A stretch of DNA of 64,000 bases from Lingula anatina (GCA_051362555.1 CM120640.1:29717967-29781966), one strand, 5' to 3'. Positions 12,314-25,857 are shown, numbered from the stretch's first letter. The notes: a model not told the origin generated them from the letters alone. A program made the numbers and translations.

Positions 12314-14735
12314 TTTTTATGTACAGACACAGATGTGTCTGTACATATTGCCATCACCTGTGTCTGTCGTCGCCGTCGCCGATGCAGATGTCGATGCCGT
12401 CGCTGGCGCCGTACACTTTCAGCGTAAACACCATAAGTAGAACACAGTTTTACTTTTTGGTTTTATATTTACAGAGCTGATGAATATTCATAAAATGCAG
12501 GTCACGAAAATCAGCATGATCGGGCCATTATGCTGTTTCTTCACTTTTCAGCATATATGCAACCCTGTAAACACATTTTAAGGAAAACCATTAGGCCTGT
12601 TGTCATGAAACTCACAGGAATAATCAGTCTTACTAAAATGCAGGTCAAGTTCGAAAATCGGCATGATCGGGCCACTATTTTAGTAATTATGCTGTTTTTT
12701 CATTTTTCAGCATATATGCAACACTGTAAACACAATATAAGAAAAACAGATGGGCCAATTGTCATTATACTCACAGGAGTGGTCAATCTTACTGAAACGC
12801 AGGTTGAGTTCCAAAATCAGCATAATCAGGGCATTATTTTAGAAGTTATGCTGTTTTTTCACATTTCCTCAGATTCAATTCTTAGGCATGTTAATAGCCT
12901 TATTATTTAACTAATAAGATACGTAAAAGTGTTTGTTTGACATTTCCTGCATCTTTACAACATTGTTAGTTGATTATGTAAAAATGATGGTAAACTTGTT
13001 ATCATATATTGTCACTGAATGATTAGTATACACTACTCATAATAAATCAGTACAAATTTACAATTTATAATTGTTTAGTCAATGAACAGACAGATTCCTT
13101 TTGAAAGGGCAATTCTTAAATTTTAACATGTTATATCAGTCAACGTGTGACAGCAAGTAGCTGCACACTGCCAATTCAAAATTACTTTTTTCTGCTTTTT
13201 TAAAGTCCATGTCTAACAAAATCGGCATAAGTGAGCAAGCATTCAATATCTTACACTGACATTCATTCAATAACTACGACATCAACGAGGCTGCTACCAC
13301 TTGACCCAATGATCTTTACGCGCAATATACACCTTGTTGGAAATGCTCAAAATCTATAAGACAGAGGTTTCTCCGGATTCCAAAATTTTCATATGTGCAA
13401 AAATGATCATTCAGCTATCTAAAAATGTGAACAGAAAAAGAAAATACTTGTTCAGCTGCATTTGTCTCTATTCAAAAAAGCGAGTTTACATCGGAGTTTT
13501 GTCTGACGCCATTTTGGTGCTGGCATCTAAAATCAGTGAAAACTCTGTGAAATACTTATGTCAACATTCTTTGGTGTATACAATATAACTTAAGCATATA
13601 ATATATTGTTCTGCCAAGTCTTTTTAAATACATCTCTACAGTCATTCTATAATCAGTTTTTAATCTTACCCTATTCTATGCCTCCGATTCCCGCCATATT
13701 TTCTTAGGGCGAAGCGGGCCTATTTGAAAATGAGGCTACTATCTAATAATTGGGAAAATAACGGTCATATGGGCCAGTGACTCCCGGGCTGAGTAGGCAA
13801 TGCAGTCTGTTTTGTAATTCTTTCTGGCAGTTAAACAGTTTTTTGTGAAAATTTAATTTTTCACATATTGGCATTTTTAAGGTGTGACTTTGAAGTTCCA
13901 TGGTCCTGAAGACCCATGCTAGTCACATTTTCTGAAAATCCATGATAGGTATATGTTATCATTAAAAATTGATGGTCATTATGCCATTAAGCATTATATA
14001 ATATTGCATCAAAATAGAAGAAAACACAATTTTGGGTGCTGCTGCCATGATGACCATTATGGGAAAACCATGTTACTTATGATTGTCAAACTTTCAAAAA
14101 AAGAAACACAGGACTAAAATGCAGCCTGAGTTGGAAAAGCAGTCTAATTAACCTCTTTTTCTGGAAGTTATACATTTTAGTGAAATATTCATTTTTATCG
14201 TGTAGGCATATTCATTGTGGGACTCAGAGCTCCCATAAACGTGAAGCCAAATGGTAATCAAATTTTCTACATGTCCATGCTATTTATAGCCAATAAAAAA
14301 ATTTGGTGATAATTATTCTGTAATTTATTATGTAATGTTACATCAACAATAATCTTTTTGCACTGCTACTACAAACATTATGAAAAGAAAACTGTGTTAC
14401 TTATTATTATTTTTAACTTACAAGTATGATTGGCATGCAGTTCAAATTAGCCAGCTCAATTGGGTTATCATTTATTATTGAATTAATGCAATTTTGTGTG
14501 AAATTGTCATTTTTCTCGTTCTGGCATTTTCAAAGTGTGAACTCTCATGGGCCTGAAGCCTTATGCTTGTTACACATTTTACTTACATTGGTATTACCTG
14601 TTGAGCATAAAAATTTGATGTTGAATTTGCAGTTAAGCATGTACTTTGGCATCAAGAATTGACAGTAGCCTATTTTGTGCATTGTTATTGTCTGCTTTTT
14701 GTCTGTACATTTGACAGCTGTGCTGCCTTGTTTGT
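12314..14735 (-). mobile_element. Large HINE-type element with internal repeat units and a secondary insertion (~13100-13790)
   Basis: Perfect hairpin tatgtacagacaca-ga-tgtgtctgtacata at ~12318-12347, then a (GTC/GCC)n-like microsatellite. Matching subTIR gtctgtacat at 14701 and terminus …gctgccttgttt. Partial copy at 38817-40230; terminus relics at ~44130, ~56060 and ~58000. Confidence 0.7.
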
Positions 14736-16095
14736 TTGTTTGTTTTTTTCACCCTCTCGCACCGATTTCGGGGTCCCCAGAGGATGTCATTCATAAAAAT
14801 AAAAAAGTGTGGCCTTACGAAATTTAAAATGCACTTTTTCTATTATATGTAAGTTTTCATATCCCAATATCTCAGCTCCATATAACAACAGTGGTACTAT
14901 CATCTTATCAAAGAGGTCTAGTTGTCATTTAATTGATATATTTAATTGTCTAGCTTTTTTATAAATGCCAAACATAATTTTGGTCACCCTCTATACTACA
15001 TATTTTCGCGTAGAATAAAATGATCCAGTTCTAGATATAAAAATGTCAATGTCATAATTATTATATTTAAATGACAATTCTTTAGGTTTTCTCCCTTTTC
15101 CAAATATTAGTATTTTACCTGCAATTTCCAATTTGAACAGTATTCCAAAAAGCAATCAAGTTGATATTGAAGATCATCTTTAGTCTCTGACACCAGTAAT
15201 GTATCATCTGCGTAAAGTATCACCATAATTTTGATATACACATCAAGCTCATTTTCAAGCTCATCAGTTACGGTCTGTAAACCAACAACATTTTTGTTAG
15301 ATAGAAAATCCTCTAAATCATTAAGATAGAGAGCAAAGAGCAAGGGAGATAAATTTGCCCCTTGTCTAACTCCATTTTGACAAGGGAAATATTCTGAGAA
15401 ACGTCCGTTATAAGTAATGTTTGATTTGCATTTATTGTACATATTCATAATAGACAAAATATCCCTTAGGCATTTCCCACTTATTTGGTAACTAAATAAT
15501 TTTCTCCACAATCCAATTCTCCATATCTTATTGAAGACGGGTTTAAAATCTACAAAAGCACAATATAACTTATTCTTTTTTAAGAATGATAATTCAATCA
15601 AAGAGTACAAAGTAAAGATATTATCGGCTGTTGACTAATTAGCTCTAAATTCGCTTTGATTCTCCTTTAATATATAGGTGTTATCTGAGTAAGTAGTTAG
15701 GCTTTTGCTCAGAATCGATGTGAACAGCTTGCCTAAACTACTTAACAAGGAAATAGGCATGTAGTTTTATGGTTCATGAGCTGATCCTTTATTTTCATAT
15801 ATTGGCTTAATGAGTCCATTAAACCATGCATCTGGTACAATTCCAGAATTAAATACTACTTTAAAAGGTTTGACATATAATGGTGCCATATGTATAGATG
15901 ATTTTATATATTCATTTAGTAATGTGTCTGGTCCTGGTGACTTATTATTTCTGAGTAATTTCACAGTATTTACAACTTCATTGACCGATATAGGTTCATT
16001 CATAGATGAACTATCATCAAAGATCTGGTCAGTGTCTATAAAAAGTAAATCTGTTTCATCATCAGTATTAGCATTAACCTTCTTGAAATATTCAT

Positions 16096-16358
16096 AACTA
16101 GAAAGGCACTAAGAGAGTGCAGACCTCTGCCAAGGCAGCGAAGTCTCCATCCAATGTCGTTTCACCCCTAAATTTTCTAAATTTTGATTATTGATCTGGA
16201 TCACCACCAAAAACTAATCACTTCTAAGTTAACCCATTTCTGACCTACCCTGAATAATTCCATCGAAATTCATCCATAACTCTTTGAGTTATGTTGATGA
16301 CAAACAGACAGACAGACAGACAAACAGGGGTGAAAACATAGCCTCCTTGACGGAGGTA
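16096..16358 (+). mobile_element. HINE, same family as 1982-2409, inserted in the LINE
   Basis: aactagaaaggcac…(ACAG)n…gcctccttgacggaggt. Removing it restores the LINE reading VDDF|YEYFKKVN. T-rich site with no clear TSD. Confidence 0.8.
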
Positions 16359-16489
16359 AAAATCATCTACACCTAGATCTACTGCACCATCACTACAGGA
16401 CTTTTTTCTTTTACATTCAACAATTTCCAATATTCTTTTGGATTTTTGCTTCACATATTCTTAATTTTATTTTGTAATTGGTATCTATA

Positions 16490-17798
16490 ATTGTACCACC
16501 AGCGTTAGCGCTGGCGGTACACATGGTTTTAGTCCCGTCTGGTTCGTTCTGCCGGCTCCGCCTGCTCCGCCGCCATGTCATCATTACCGCTTCTCCTCCT
16601 AGACTACAAGGGCCTGCGTACCCATCTCTTGGATTTAGGTCACCTATAATCGCAACTTGTTCCACGTAAAATTTGGGCTTTGTCGGTATTGGGGTCTAGG
16701 TGTGGCACTCATTGCAATGCACCCTTGTCTAAAAATGGCAAAATTAAATGCTAATTATCTACCCTAAGGAAGGAATTATGGGAAAAATTTCTACAGACGG
16801 CTTTCCAAAAGTCATATGTGTAGATTTCAAGTATGCCCTTGGATTTGACCTTTGACCTTTTTTTCAAGGTAAAATGGGCCAAAATTTTCAAAAAAATGAA
16901 TTTTTTTTCGAAAAAAAAATTATTTGCGCTGTTATTCAGACACCACACAGACTTAACCAATAATATTATTGGAAAGTGTTACCCTTCAGGTCATCTTTCA
17001 TCTCCGTGAATTTGGGGTCAATTGGTGCATTTTCACGGGCGTAGTGGCCATAAGATACCGAAACTGAAAACTGTCTCTAATTCGGGAACCGTTAATGCTA
17101 GAGACCCATTCTTTTTTGCATTTTGTAGAGCATGTAAAGCCCAACACTGAGGGTGGTCTCCGTTTTTTTGTATTCCATACGGTTTTCGAGTTACGCTGTA
17201 TCAAAAAGTACATATTGGTGGTGAAAGCAAAATGTACAGTATGGTAATGGATAATAAATTTTGAACTCCGGAAAAATAAAACATAAGGCTTGGCAAAGCA
17301 GACAACTTGTGGTCAAAAATGACATTATTTCATCAAATTTGAACTTCTGGAACTTCAGAGCACCTCCCATTTCAAGAATTTTGACCAAAATGACCTTTTC
17401 TTAATTTTAATTAATTTTTTTCTGTAAGAAATTTATGGCACATTATGGTAACTCCAAAATTATAACATTTAGTCCCTTATATCTCCAAAACTGGCAGAGA
17501 TAGGTCCATAGTTACTATTGAAGTTGAATAGGAAGTCACATACTGGCAATTTACTGTGACCTTGAAATTGACCTTTGACCTACCTTACGATGAACTAAAC
17601 TTTGATTGTACCATTTTTAGTTATATATATTTTTTGCATATTTTGAAAATTCTTGTTGATTGCATTTTTACAGCTTGTCAAGCACAAGACTGGTGGCTGT
17701 GTCCCTTATTTTGTGTATGTGGGGGTCTATACGAATGCGCTTACTCCAGCTGGTGGTACAATATTCGGAGGCGGTATCGCCTCTCTGATCCTCTAGTT
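16490..17798 (-). mobile_element. HINE-type element (second family) inserted in the LINE
   Basis: Terminal hairpin gtaccaccagcg-ttag-cgctggcggtac, subTIR gctggtggtacaat at ~17749-17762, terminus ctctagtt. The LINE frame continues across it (VDKSFT…YRYQLQNKIK). Confidence 0.75.
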
Positions 17799-18424
17799 AG
17801 TAAAAGATTTATCCACTACAGTTTTATAATGTTTCTGAGCATCAAGAACCCCTTGTTGAAATATAGTGGATCCAAATTTCTTGTATTTACGATGTCATTT
17901 ACAGTACTCCTTACATGGGATGCGGCACTCATTGCGGAACCACTCTTTATTCTTTTTTGGGATACATTTAGTTCTATTGTTGTCATATCTATAAGATCCA
18001 AATGTTTTCTTAGCTGAACTCAACAATACTTCAGCAGTCTTATCAAAAATTGAATCAATTTCCTTTTTCTCCACACTGCCAAGATCCAATCTCTCGAAAA
18101 CATTTTGTATATCAATAATACAAGCTAAGTCAATGTTTCTCTTATATTCGTCGGCTTTATCAGTATGCCATGGTTTCTTATTAATTCTTTCTATGTGTTC
18201 ACCCACATCTATATTACCCTCTAGAGTACACCTATTAGAGTTCTGTTGGATTATACTGAGGTGGCAAACCAGAGGTAAATGAATATCTGAATAAAGACAG
18301 TTAAAATCTAAAATCTCAAAATGTGTGACAAAATTTAAGAAGTCAGCATTAAAAATAAAATAATTTACCAACTTGATCATCACTACCCACTCTTATATTC
18401 ATTATATACAAGCTGTGAGTCTTA

Positions 18425-18650
18425 GAGACCATTATCACAGATATTTAGATCGATCTATCCCCCTGGGGAGTCTCACTAGATTGCTGTCAGCTTAACTGGC
18501 TTAAATGTCTGTTCCGCCTACTAAAAGCTGTAAGGGGGTAATTAACTTTTATGCCGCTTGGCTCCCGGAAGCGGACAGCAATTAAGCTTGAACCCCCAGG
18601 GAGTCTGGTCGATCCAAATGGATCGATCTAAATCTGTGGGAACCCAGTCT
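18425..18650 (+). mobile_element. MITE family A, diverged copy 3
   Basis: tttagatcgatctatccccctggggagtctcactagatt…gatcgatctaaatctgtggg, inserted in the LINE endonuclease region. Confidence 0.75.
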
Positions 18651-19474
18651 TACGAAAGTTTAGTAAATAATTACCAAAGTTTTTAACTGTACTGTCTTTA
18701 CTCATAGGTTGTACACTGGTCCCATTTATCTCTAGTTTTTGGACATCTGTTAAATGATCAAAATTTTCCCCAAAAGCTATTTCAAATTCAGACAGTTCAC
18801 TTTCATCATAATAGTCATTTTTATCACCCACACTTGAATTAAAATCTCCGGTAATACAGACGTGGCTATAGTTAACATACAGATTAATGTATTCAAGTTC
18901 TATTTCAGCAAATGCATCAGGTGAGCTGTACCTTGATCCCTCAGGTGGGATATAAACAATTCCAGTGCTTGGGTCAAACAGTGGATTGTCAGTGTAGTTT
19001 GTCTACCTTCAAGACAGCTTTCTTATCCTGGTTCTTAGCTTCCTTTAGGTGTGGAATCAGCATCTTTCTTTGTTCGTTTATTTTCTTAGGAAATTGCTCA
19101 TTGACTCTGAATCGTTTTCCCTTCAGCGCTCACAGGGCGGCTTTCCTCAGCATTTCCTTGTCCGTAAATGATCCACACTTTGCGATGGTTGGCCTATGTT
19201 TCCCCAGTGTATGCTTTTCCATGCGGTGAACCCTTTCAAATTTTATTTCGTCAATGATTCCCAGAAACTGCTATAAACACACCACTTTATTATCAGTACT
19301 GGTATAGTGTATGCTTCAGCCTTGACTTACAACAACACTTTATTTTGAAAGTTTTTTTTTTTATTTTTTAATAAATTTACTGAAATTTCATAATTTTAAT
19401 ATTTTGGATCTTGAGGAAAAAGCCTGATCACTGACTTTTTTGTCTTTTCCAGTCCATCATCTGTCCATCATCAT

Positions 19475-20843
19475 CTGCCACAATGGTACACAATGACTCC
19501 AGACTACTACACTGTCCTAGCGGGTACAGGACTATACTGCCACAATGGAACACAATGACTCCAGACTACTACACTGTACTAGCAGGCACAGGACTATACT
19601 GCCACAATGGAACACAATGACTCCAGACTACTACACTGTCTTAGCAGGCACAGGACTATACTGCCACAATGGAACACAATGACTCCAGACTACTACACTG
19701 TACTAGGAGGCACATTACTATACTGCCACAATGGTGCACAATGACTCCAGACTACTTAGTACTACACTGTACCAGGAGGCACAGGACTATACTGCCACAA
19801 TGGAACACAATGACTCAAGACTACTACACTGTCCTAGCGGGTACAGGACTATACTACCACAATGGAACACAATGAGCGGATTCTCAACGAATTGAGCCAG
19901 GCTTTACAAAGCCGGTGACCTAAAAATGGCGGACGTACATGAAAGAAAACCGCCTAATCTTTTAATAGTCTCTCCGCCTCCCCACACGTCGTCCCTGCGG
20001 GATACAGTAATTAAATCTCGGCTCCGTTCGCCATGCGGAAGCTACCTGAGAAATATTAACTGCGCATGCTCATCAGTTAAACACGTGGCGAAGAAAGCAT
20101 GGCGGCTGAAGGCGTTCGAAAGAAAAAAAGCTCTTCTGTTTTATTATCTGTCAAAACAGAGACGAAAAAGGAATGAATTGGCCCGTAGAGCAGCAACAAA
20201 TCGACTATCTACGGAGATAATATCACCAGAGATATTCACAGAACTACCCAGCCCCAGTAGACGTAGTTGGAGGTTGGAGCCGAGATTTAATTACTGTACC
20301 CCGCAGGGACGACGTGTGGGGAGGCGGAGAGACTATTAAAAGATTAGGCGGTTTTTCTTTCATGTATGTCCGCCATTTTTAGGTCACCGGCTTTGTAAAG
20401 CCTGGCTCAATTCGTTGAGAATCCGCTCAATGACTCCTGACTACTACACTCTCTAGCAGGCACAGGACTATACTGCCACAATGGTACACAATGACTCCAG
20501 ACTACTACACTGTACTAGGACACACAAGACTATACTGCCACAATGGAACACAATGACTCCAGGCTACTACACTGTCCTAGCAGGCACAGGACTATACTGC
20601 CACAATGGAACACAATGACTCCAGACTACTACACTGTCCTTGCAGGCACAGGGCTATACTGCCACAATGGAACACAATGACTCCAGGCTACTACACTGTC
20701 CTAGCAGGCACAGGACTATACTGCCACAATGGAACACAATGACTCCAGACTACTACACTGTCCTTGCAGGCACAGGGCTATACTGCCACAATGGAACACA
20801 ATGACTCCAGACTACTACACTGTACTAGGAGACACAGGACTAC
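19475..20843. repeat. 62-bp minisatellite, about 13 copies, interrupted by a DNA transposon
   Basis: Unit ctgccacaatggaacacaatgactccagactactacactgtcctagcaggcacaggactata starts at 19475, 19537, 19599, 19661 and onward. Confidence 0.95.
19874..20428 (+). mobile_element. Non-autonomous PIF/Harbinger-like element with ~150-bp TIRs
   Basis: gagcggattctcaacgaattgagcc…ggctcaattcgttgagaatccgctc with near-perfect long TIRs. 3-bp TSD AAT at 19871-73 and 20429-31. Internal peptide ALLFYYLSKQRRKR…RRSWRLEPR resembles a Harbinger transposase N-terminus (inference). Confidence 0.85.
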
Positions 20844-21063
20844 TGAAATTCACATGTAACAGACAAACAAGATGATAGATGCAGCAATTTTCAAGACAGT
20901 CAAATAACAATATGAGTTTCATGAATCAAATTTTCTTACCTCCCTACGTAGGGACATTAGCTTTTTCCCTATTATTTGTTTTACTTTAAATTTATTAACT
21001 GACTTTGTTTGGCAAAGAAGCAGGTTACTTTTGAAAATTGGCACAATCGATTTACATTTACGG

Positions 21064-21610
21064 TAATTAGTACCACCAGCGTGTACGCTGGCTGTACTCA
21101 TGGTTTTAGTCCTGACCTGTATCGTACGGCTCTGCAGGGTGGCGTGAGATACAAGTCACCGTTACCACTTCTCCTCCTAGACTGCACTGACCTGTGTCCC
21201 CATCTCTTGGATTTAGGTCACATGTAATCTCAACTTGAACCCCCTGGTTTTTTTGTCTCAGTTGGTGCATTCGCTTGGGCGTGACACTCGATGAAATGCA
21301 CCCTTGTCAAATTTTTTGAAACATCAATGCTATATATCTCCTAAACGGAAGGAATTATGTGAAAAATTTGTATAGAAGTCTGCCCGAAAGTCACATATGA
21401 GGATTTCAAATATGCCTTTGGATTTGACCTTTGACCTTTTTTTCAAGGTCAAACAGCCCAAATTTTTCTAAAAATGGGAATTTCAGAAACTACATAGAGT
21501 TTTGCACTCATATTACAGTGAGGGAATGCAGTTAGGGACTCCTTTCATCTTTGTGAGTTTGGGGTCAATTGGTGCATTTTCATGGGAGAAACGGCCATAA
21601 GATGCCAAAA
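21064..21610 (-). mobile_element. Partial second copy of the 16490-17798 HINE family
   Basis: taattagtaccaccagcgtgtacgctggctgtac…ggatttgacctttgaccttttttt…ggggtcaattggtgcattttca matches 16488-17060. Confidence 0.8.
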
Positions 21611-21811
21611 GTTTTTGCTCTTTGATGTTTTGAACATGTTTTCATTGCTGGAAATTGTGGATAGCCTCGTTTATTAAGTTCAATATAGCATTGACGACAC
21701 TTTCCGAGTGGTTAGATTTGCAGTGAATATACAGTTTTAATGTCCTTTTATCCAAGTTATTTCCTTGTGGAGGTTAAATTTGTGGTTATCTTGTTGCCCT
21801 GTGACCTTTGC

Positions 21812-21857
<46 letters not shown>

Positions 21858-22839
21858 ATGTTCAGCTTGTTTTTGAGGGGGTCTTCTCAAACATGCATTT
21901 TTATTGAATTTACATAACAATTAATGGAAATTTCTCATTATATTTAAATGTGAGTATCAGGAATTTTAAAACTTGTCTACCTATTTTGCCTCTTTAAAAA
22001 TTATACTTCTCTATTTAAGATACTCAAATTCTATTTACTTTGCCCATTTCATTTATAAGGCTTATACATGTAGCTCCATAAAGCAAGCATCACCATTAAT
22101 TAGGTTGCGGTGTTCAAAAGTGCATTATAATTAATTAAAATTATTTTTACACTTGATTCTTCATGTTTGGATTTAATGTCTTATAAATGACAAGTATTTT
22201 TTTAATGTGATTTGTGTCATTTATTTTTCTTTATACATGTAGAACTGGAAAGTTTTTTCACAAAAACTTTTTTCTTTGGTGTTTCTCAGCAGTTCCAGTA
22301 CTATCATGTCTGGCTCCATGATCTTTGATGTGCCTTCCCAGTTTTTTCATATTTATTTATTTATTTTTCATTTATTTTTACTGCTTGTTAACCTCTCATG
22401 GTGGAAACTTTTCAGCCTCATGCAATGTGCTGTGAAACCTATAGGTTATAAGTTATATAACTTTGCCTGGTTTTTCTGAAATAGAGAAACAGCTCATGAA
22501 GTCTTCATGTCAAAGAGTAAGTTACATGATGTTCCTGACCCCTTCCAGTCACTTTATTCTTCAGCCATTTCTGGCCTTTTATCTTGTAGTCAAACTTAAT
22601 TGTTAACTTTTAATTATCAATTTCATCATTTGAGGGCTTTAAGAGATAAAAGCTGTTTTTGAATTTCCTATTTCTGTATTACTCTGACAGTCTTATTACA
22701 ATCTTAATACAGATTGGTTAGGAATTGAACATTTGCATGCATTGATATCATACCTGGTACATGCATGTAAGGGTGATATTAATTGAACAAAAGCATGTGA
22801 GTATCTTCTTTTAAAAAGTTGGTGTATCTTGGCAAATTG

Positions 22840-23578
22840 ACACCATGCTGAGTGTCCCTTCCCCCTGAGGGCAGTTTCCCTGTCCACCACTTTAGCCTTT
22901 AAAAAGTTATTTGTCAAGATTATTCTAACAGTGGCCTTGGCTGTTCAAAATAAAAAAGTAAAATACAAAGATACTCTGCCCTGAGAGATGGGACTCCCAT
23001 ACTGGTGAACCTTGATAGGTTCACACCTCTCTTGGGGTTCCATCCCCCGAGGGAAGTTCCCCTGCCCACTAGTTTAGCTTTTAGTAGGTTTTCTTTGAGA
23101 ATTACTCTTACTGTGGCCTTAGCTGTTCAAAAATAAAATATGGAATGTAAAGAAATCCTTGATTACCCATCTATCTTTTAGGATGGAATAAAATCTACCA
23201 TTTTTTCATGTCTTTAACTAAAGTTCCACTCAGAGGTGGAGTTCTTGGGCAGGAGAGCTGGAAGGTATACTCTGTGAGGAATTGATAAAGGTATAAAAAT
23301 ACCTAAACTTGTGGAACTTTCATTTTCTTTTTCAATTTAAAAGCAAGTTATTTTCATCTTAGATCATTATTTTCTCATTTTGATATTAAAAAAAAAAAAG
23401 AGTATACTATTTGTGGCTTTACAATTTTTCACTCTATGGTGAAAGCTGTGGGCAGGAACATCGCTGCCCTCAGAGAATGGTCACCCAAATTATTGTGTAT
23501 TGTAAGGTTGAAACCACGATGGGTTTCCCAGTCTCCTAGGACAGTCCCATACCAAACACCTCCAGCTGTCAGATTATC
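22840..23578 (-). pseudogene. Three paralogous coding-like segments of an unidentified repeated domain
   Basis: AKATVRIILTNNFLKAKVVDRETALRG (~22860-22945), AKATVRVILKENLLKAKLVGRGTSLGGWNPKRGVNL…SLRAEYL (~22965-23125) and GVWYGTVLGDWETHRGFNL…SLRAAMFLP (~23445-23575). Many differences between the first two are synonymous. Each is preceded by a T-rich AG. Confidence 0.45.
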
Positions 23579-25809
23579 TAAAAATAAATTTTCATTTATT
23601 ATATTGGTATTATCATTTCTTTCTCAGACTGGTTCCTTGCAACGCAATAAATGATATGACTAGTAAGGTATATAATGATGGGCTTTTGTGGGACATCTTT
23701 TCTTCCAGGTATGCCTGTCTCTACAGTCTATTACTCTGCTGTTAATAAATTTCATATGAAACAATACTGCCCCAATTCCAGTGATATTTTTTTTTAAATT
23801 TCAGTGTTTATCATCAGACTTTGGAAATAATTTCTCTTTCCTTAACTGTTGCACAACTTGTGTATTGGGCTGTGTTAAAAGTTGTACAATCTTAAATCTC
23901 TGCCTTGTGGAAGGAGGGACTCCTGGGTGTCCTTAGTTTTTTTTTCGCCCATTTTTTTTCTCTGATGGTTTTCTGTGAATTGTTTACCTGTTACTGATAA
24001 CAGTCAGTGTGAGGTGTTGCCTTTTGAGTGACAGATTTGTGTTCGAAATGATTACAGTTGAAAATGGAATTGATATGTGCATTTATTAGTCAATCCGTTT
24101 TTCTGAATATTTGTTTCTCTTTGAATCTTCTTTTATAAAGTTATTTTCTTTTATGTATAAAGCAAGCATGACATTGATTTAGTTGCATTTTTGAACAATT
24201 ACACTTGTACTAGCCAATTTACATTGTATGGGCGTGGCATGTATTTATTCTTCTCCAAATTGTTCAATGTGTTTAAACATAGACATCTACAACTGTGGTC
24301 CCTAATTTACTGCAGCATTATCTTTACAAGTTAAGGTATGTATTAGCCAGTATTTGTATGTGCATGTTTCATGAGTGCATTAAAGGAGTACATAATAATA
24401 ATGTATAGACATTTCTGTCAGGGCTCTGTATTCAGCGCTGTTAACATCTGGCACACTTTTTGTAATAAAACTTCCTGTCATGACAGTAACCAAGAGTTGG
24501 ATTTGATTTTGTTTCAGTGGTCATTTCTTTTTAAGTTGAGTGATGAAGAGATTTTAAATTAAAACCCCGTGAAGGAAATTCTCTACTTTAAGGGACAGTT
24601 CATAAAAATAAAAAACATTATTTGAAAGTCACATATGGATATAGTTATAAATTAAAAAAATTTTGGTAGAAAGTCATACTGTTTGAACTATAATCAAAAT
24701 CCATTTATGGTGTACAGGCCAAATTATTTGTTTAGGCCCATATTCGAGGATGTGGGTTTGAAAAAAACTGCCCTTTTTGCTGGAAAGGGTCCAAAGCCTA
24801 TCATGGTACCATTACTGTAATGTATCCCAAGTTGGATCAACTGAAGGAGTAAAGAAAATCCATTTTTTCGGATAATGACAACCCCCATTCAGCATCCCAC
24901 CCTTCAACATTGCTAGCTACTTATAAATATTAAATCACCTTTTAGCAAATTTTTCTCTTTTATTTAGAAAAGAAAGACAGACAAAACCCATATAATAACA
25001 TATAATCAATATTTTATTGTACCAGTAAAATAAAGGTATTTTAAGAAAATGATATTCTGAAGTGTTCAAACTGGCTGCCACAGAGCTAATAATAGATGTG
25101 CACTGACAACCGTGAAAAATGAAAGATGAAAATGTTAAAATAAAATTCAGTTAAAGTGTGTTAGCTGTAAAAAGATGTTGACAGTAACTCTACAACCACC
25201 AGCTCCTGGCTGCTATTATATAATTACTGCTTTCACGTACAGTTTTACCAGCTGTTTGACTAAGTTTTCATCCAAAACTCTTTAAGTTAACTTTGTTATG
25301 ATGTCATTAAAGCAAGGAAACAAGAAAAGAACTTTCTTGTGACTGTATAATGAATCTGTTCTTTTATAAATACTGTATTTTTTTTTCATTTCTTAATGTC
25401 TGAAATGATTAGATTTAATAATGAATGATAATAATTATAACCATTTATGTGCTTGGCCTGCATCTGAAGCAAGATCTGAAAATACTTCCTCCACCTTGAT
25501 TGGCAGCAGTCCTTGGGAGCTGAAATATATGAGACAGTATTATTTACTAATATGCAATAATAACCTTCAATAAGCAGTCAGTGCATCTTATTTCATGTAT
25601 GAAACTACATCAAAATATTTACCATTGTTTAAAATTAGAGTTAACAAATTTGCCAAGTATCATTTTAAACTTGCAAAAAGCACAAACTGTGTTGGCAAAA
25701 CATAAGGAATGTGTATGCACGTGTGTGTGTATGTGTGTGTGTACATTCATAGTCACATTCCATCAGTGTAATAAATAGATCCCTATTCTATTGCCCCTGC
25801 TGTCTTAAC

Positions 25810-25857
25810 CTCTCTCCTTCATGTCTGCTGTCACAGCTGCTGTGTCTTTAACATCAA
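25810..25857 (-). CDS. Candidate 48-nt symmetric phase-1 mini-exon (DVKDTAAVTADMKER)
   Basis: Acceptor tttttcttcag, donor gttaag, open frame. Paralogous to 26046-26099. Confidence 0.5.

Larger units (their letters stand above)
14820..19270 (-). mobile_element. Decayed RTE-X-like LINE (ORF1 relic, AP endonuclease, RT) carrying three nested insertions
   Basis: ORF1-like RVHR…RPTIAK…VNEQFPKKINEQRK (~19000-19260). APE motifs FIPPEGSRY, ITGDFNS and SDIHLP. RT motifs KSPGPD, CAFVDFK, GVRQGANLSPLLF and ILYADD. Many stops and frameshifts. Confidence 0.85.

Noticed and set aside
12530-12910. Paralogous small ORFs at 12530 and 38778 as a gene family
   Set aside because: Both lie in internal repeat units of the same HINE, so the similarity is explained by the element.
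19475-20843. CRISPR-like array or repetitive coding exon (ORF 19669-19875)
   Set aside because: The 62-bp unit is not a multiple of 3 and has no spacers. It is an ordinary minisatellite.
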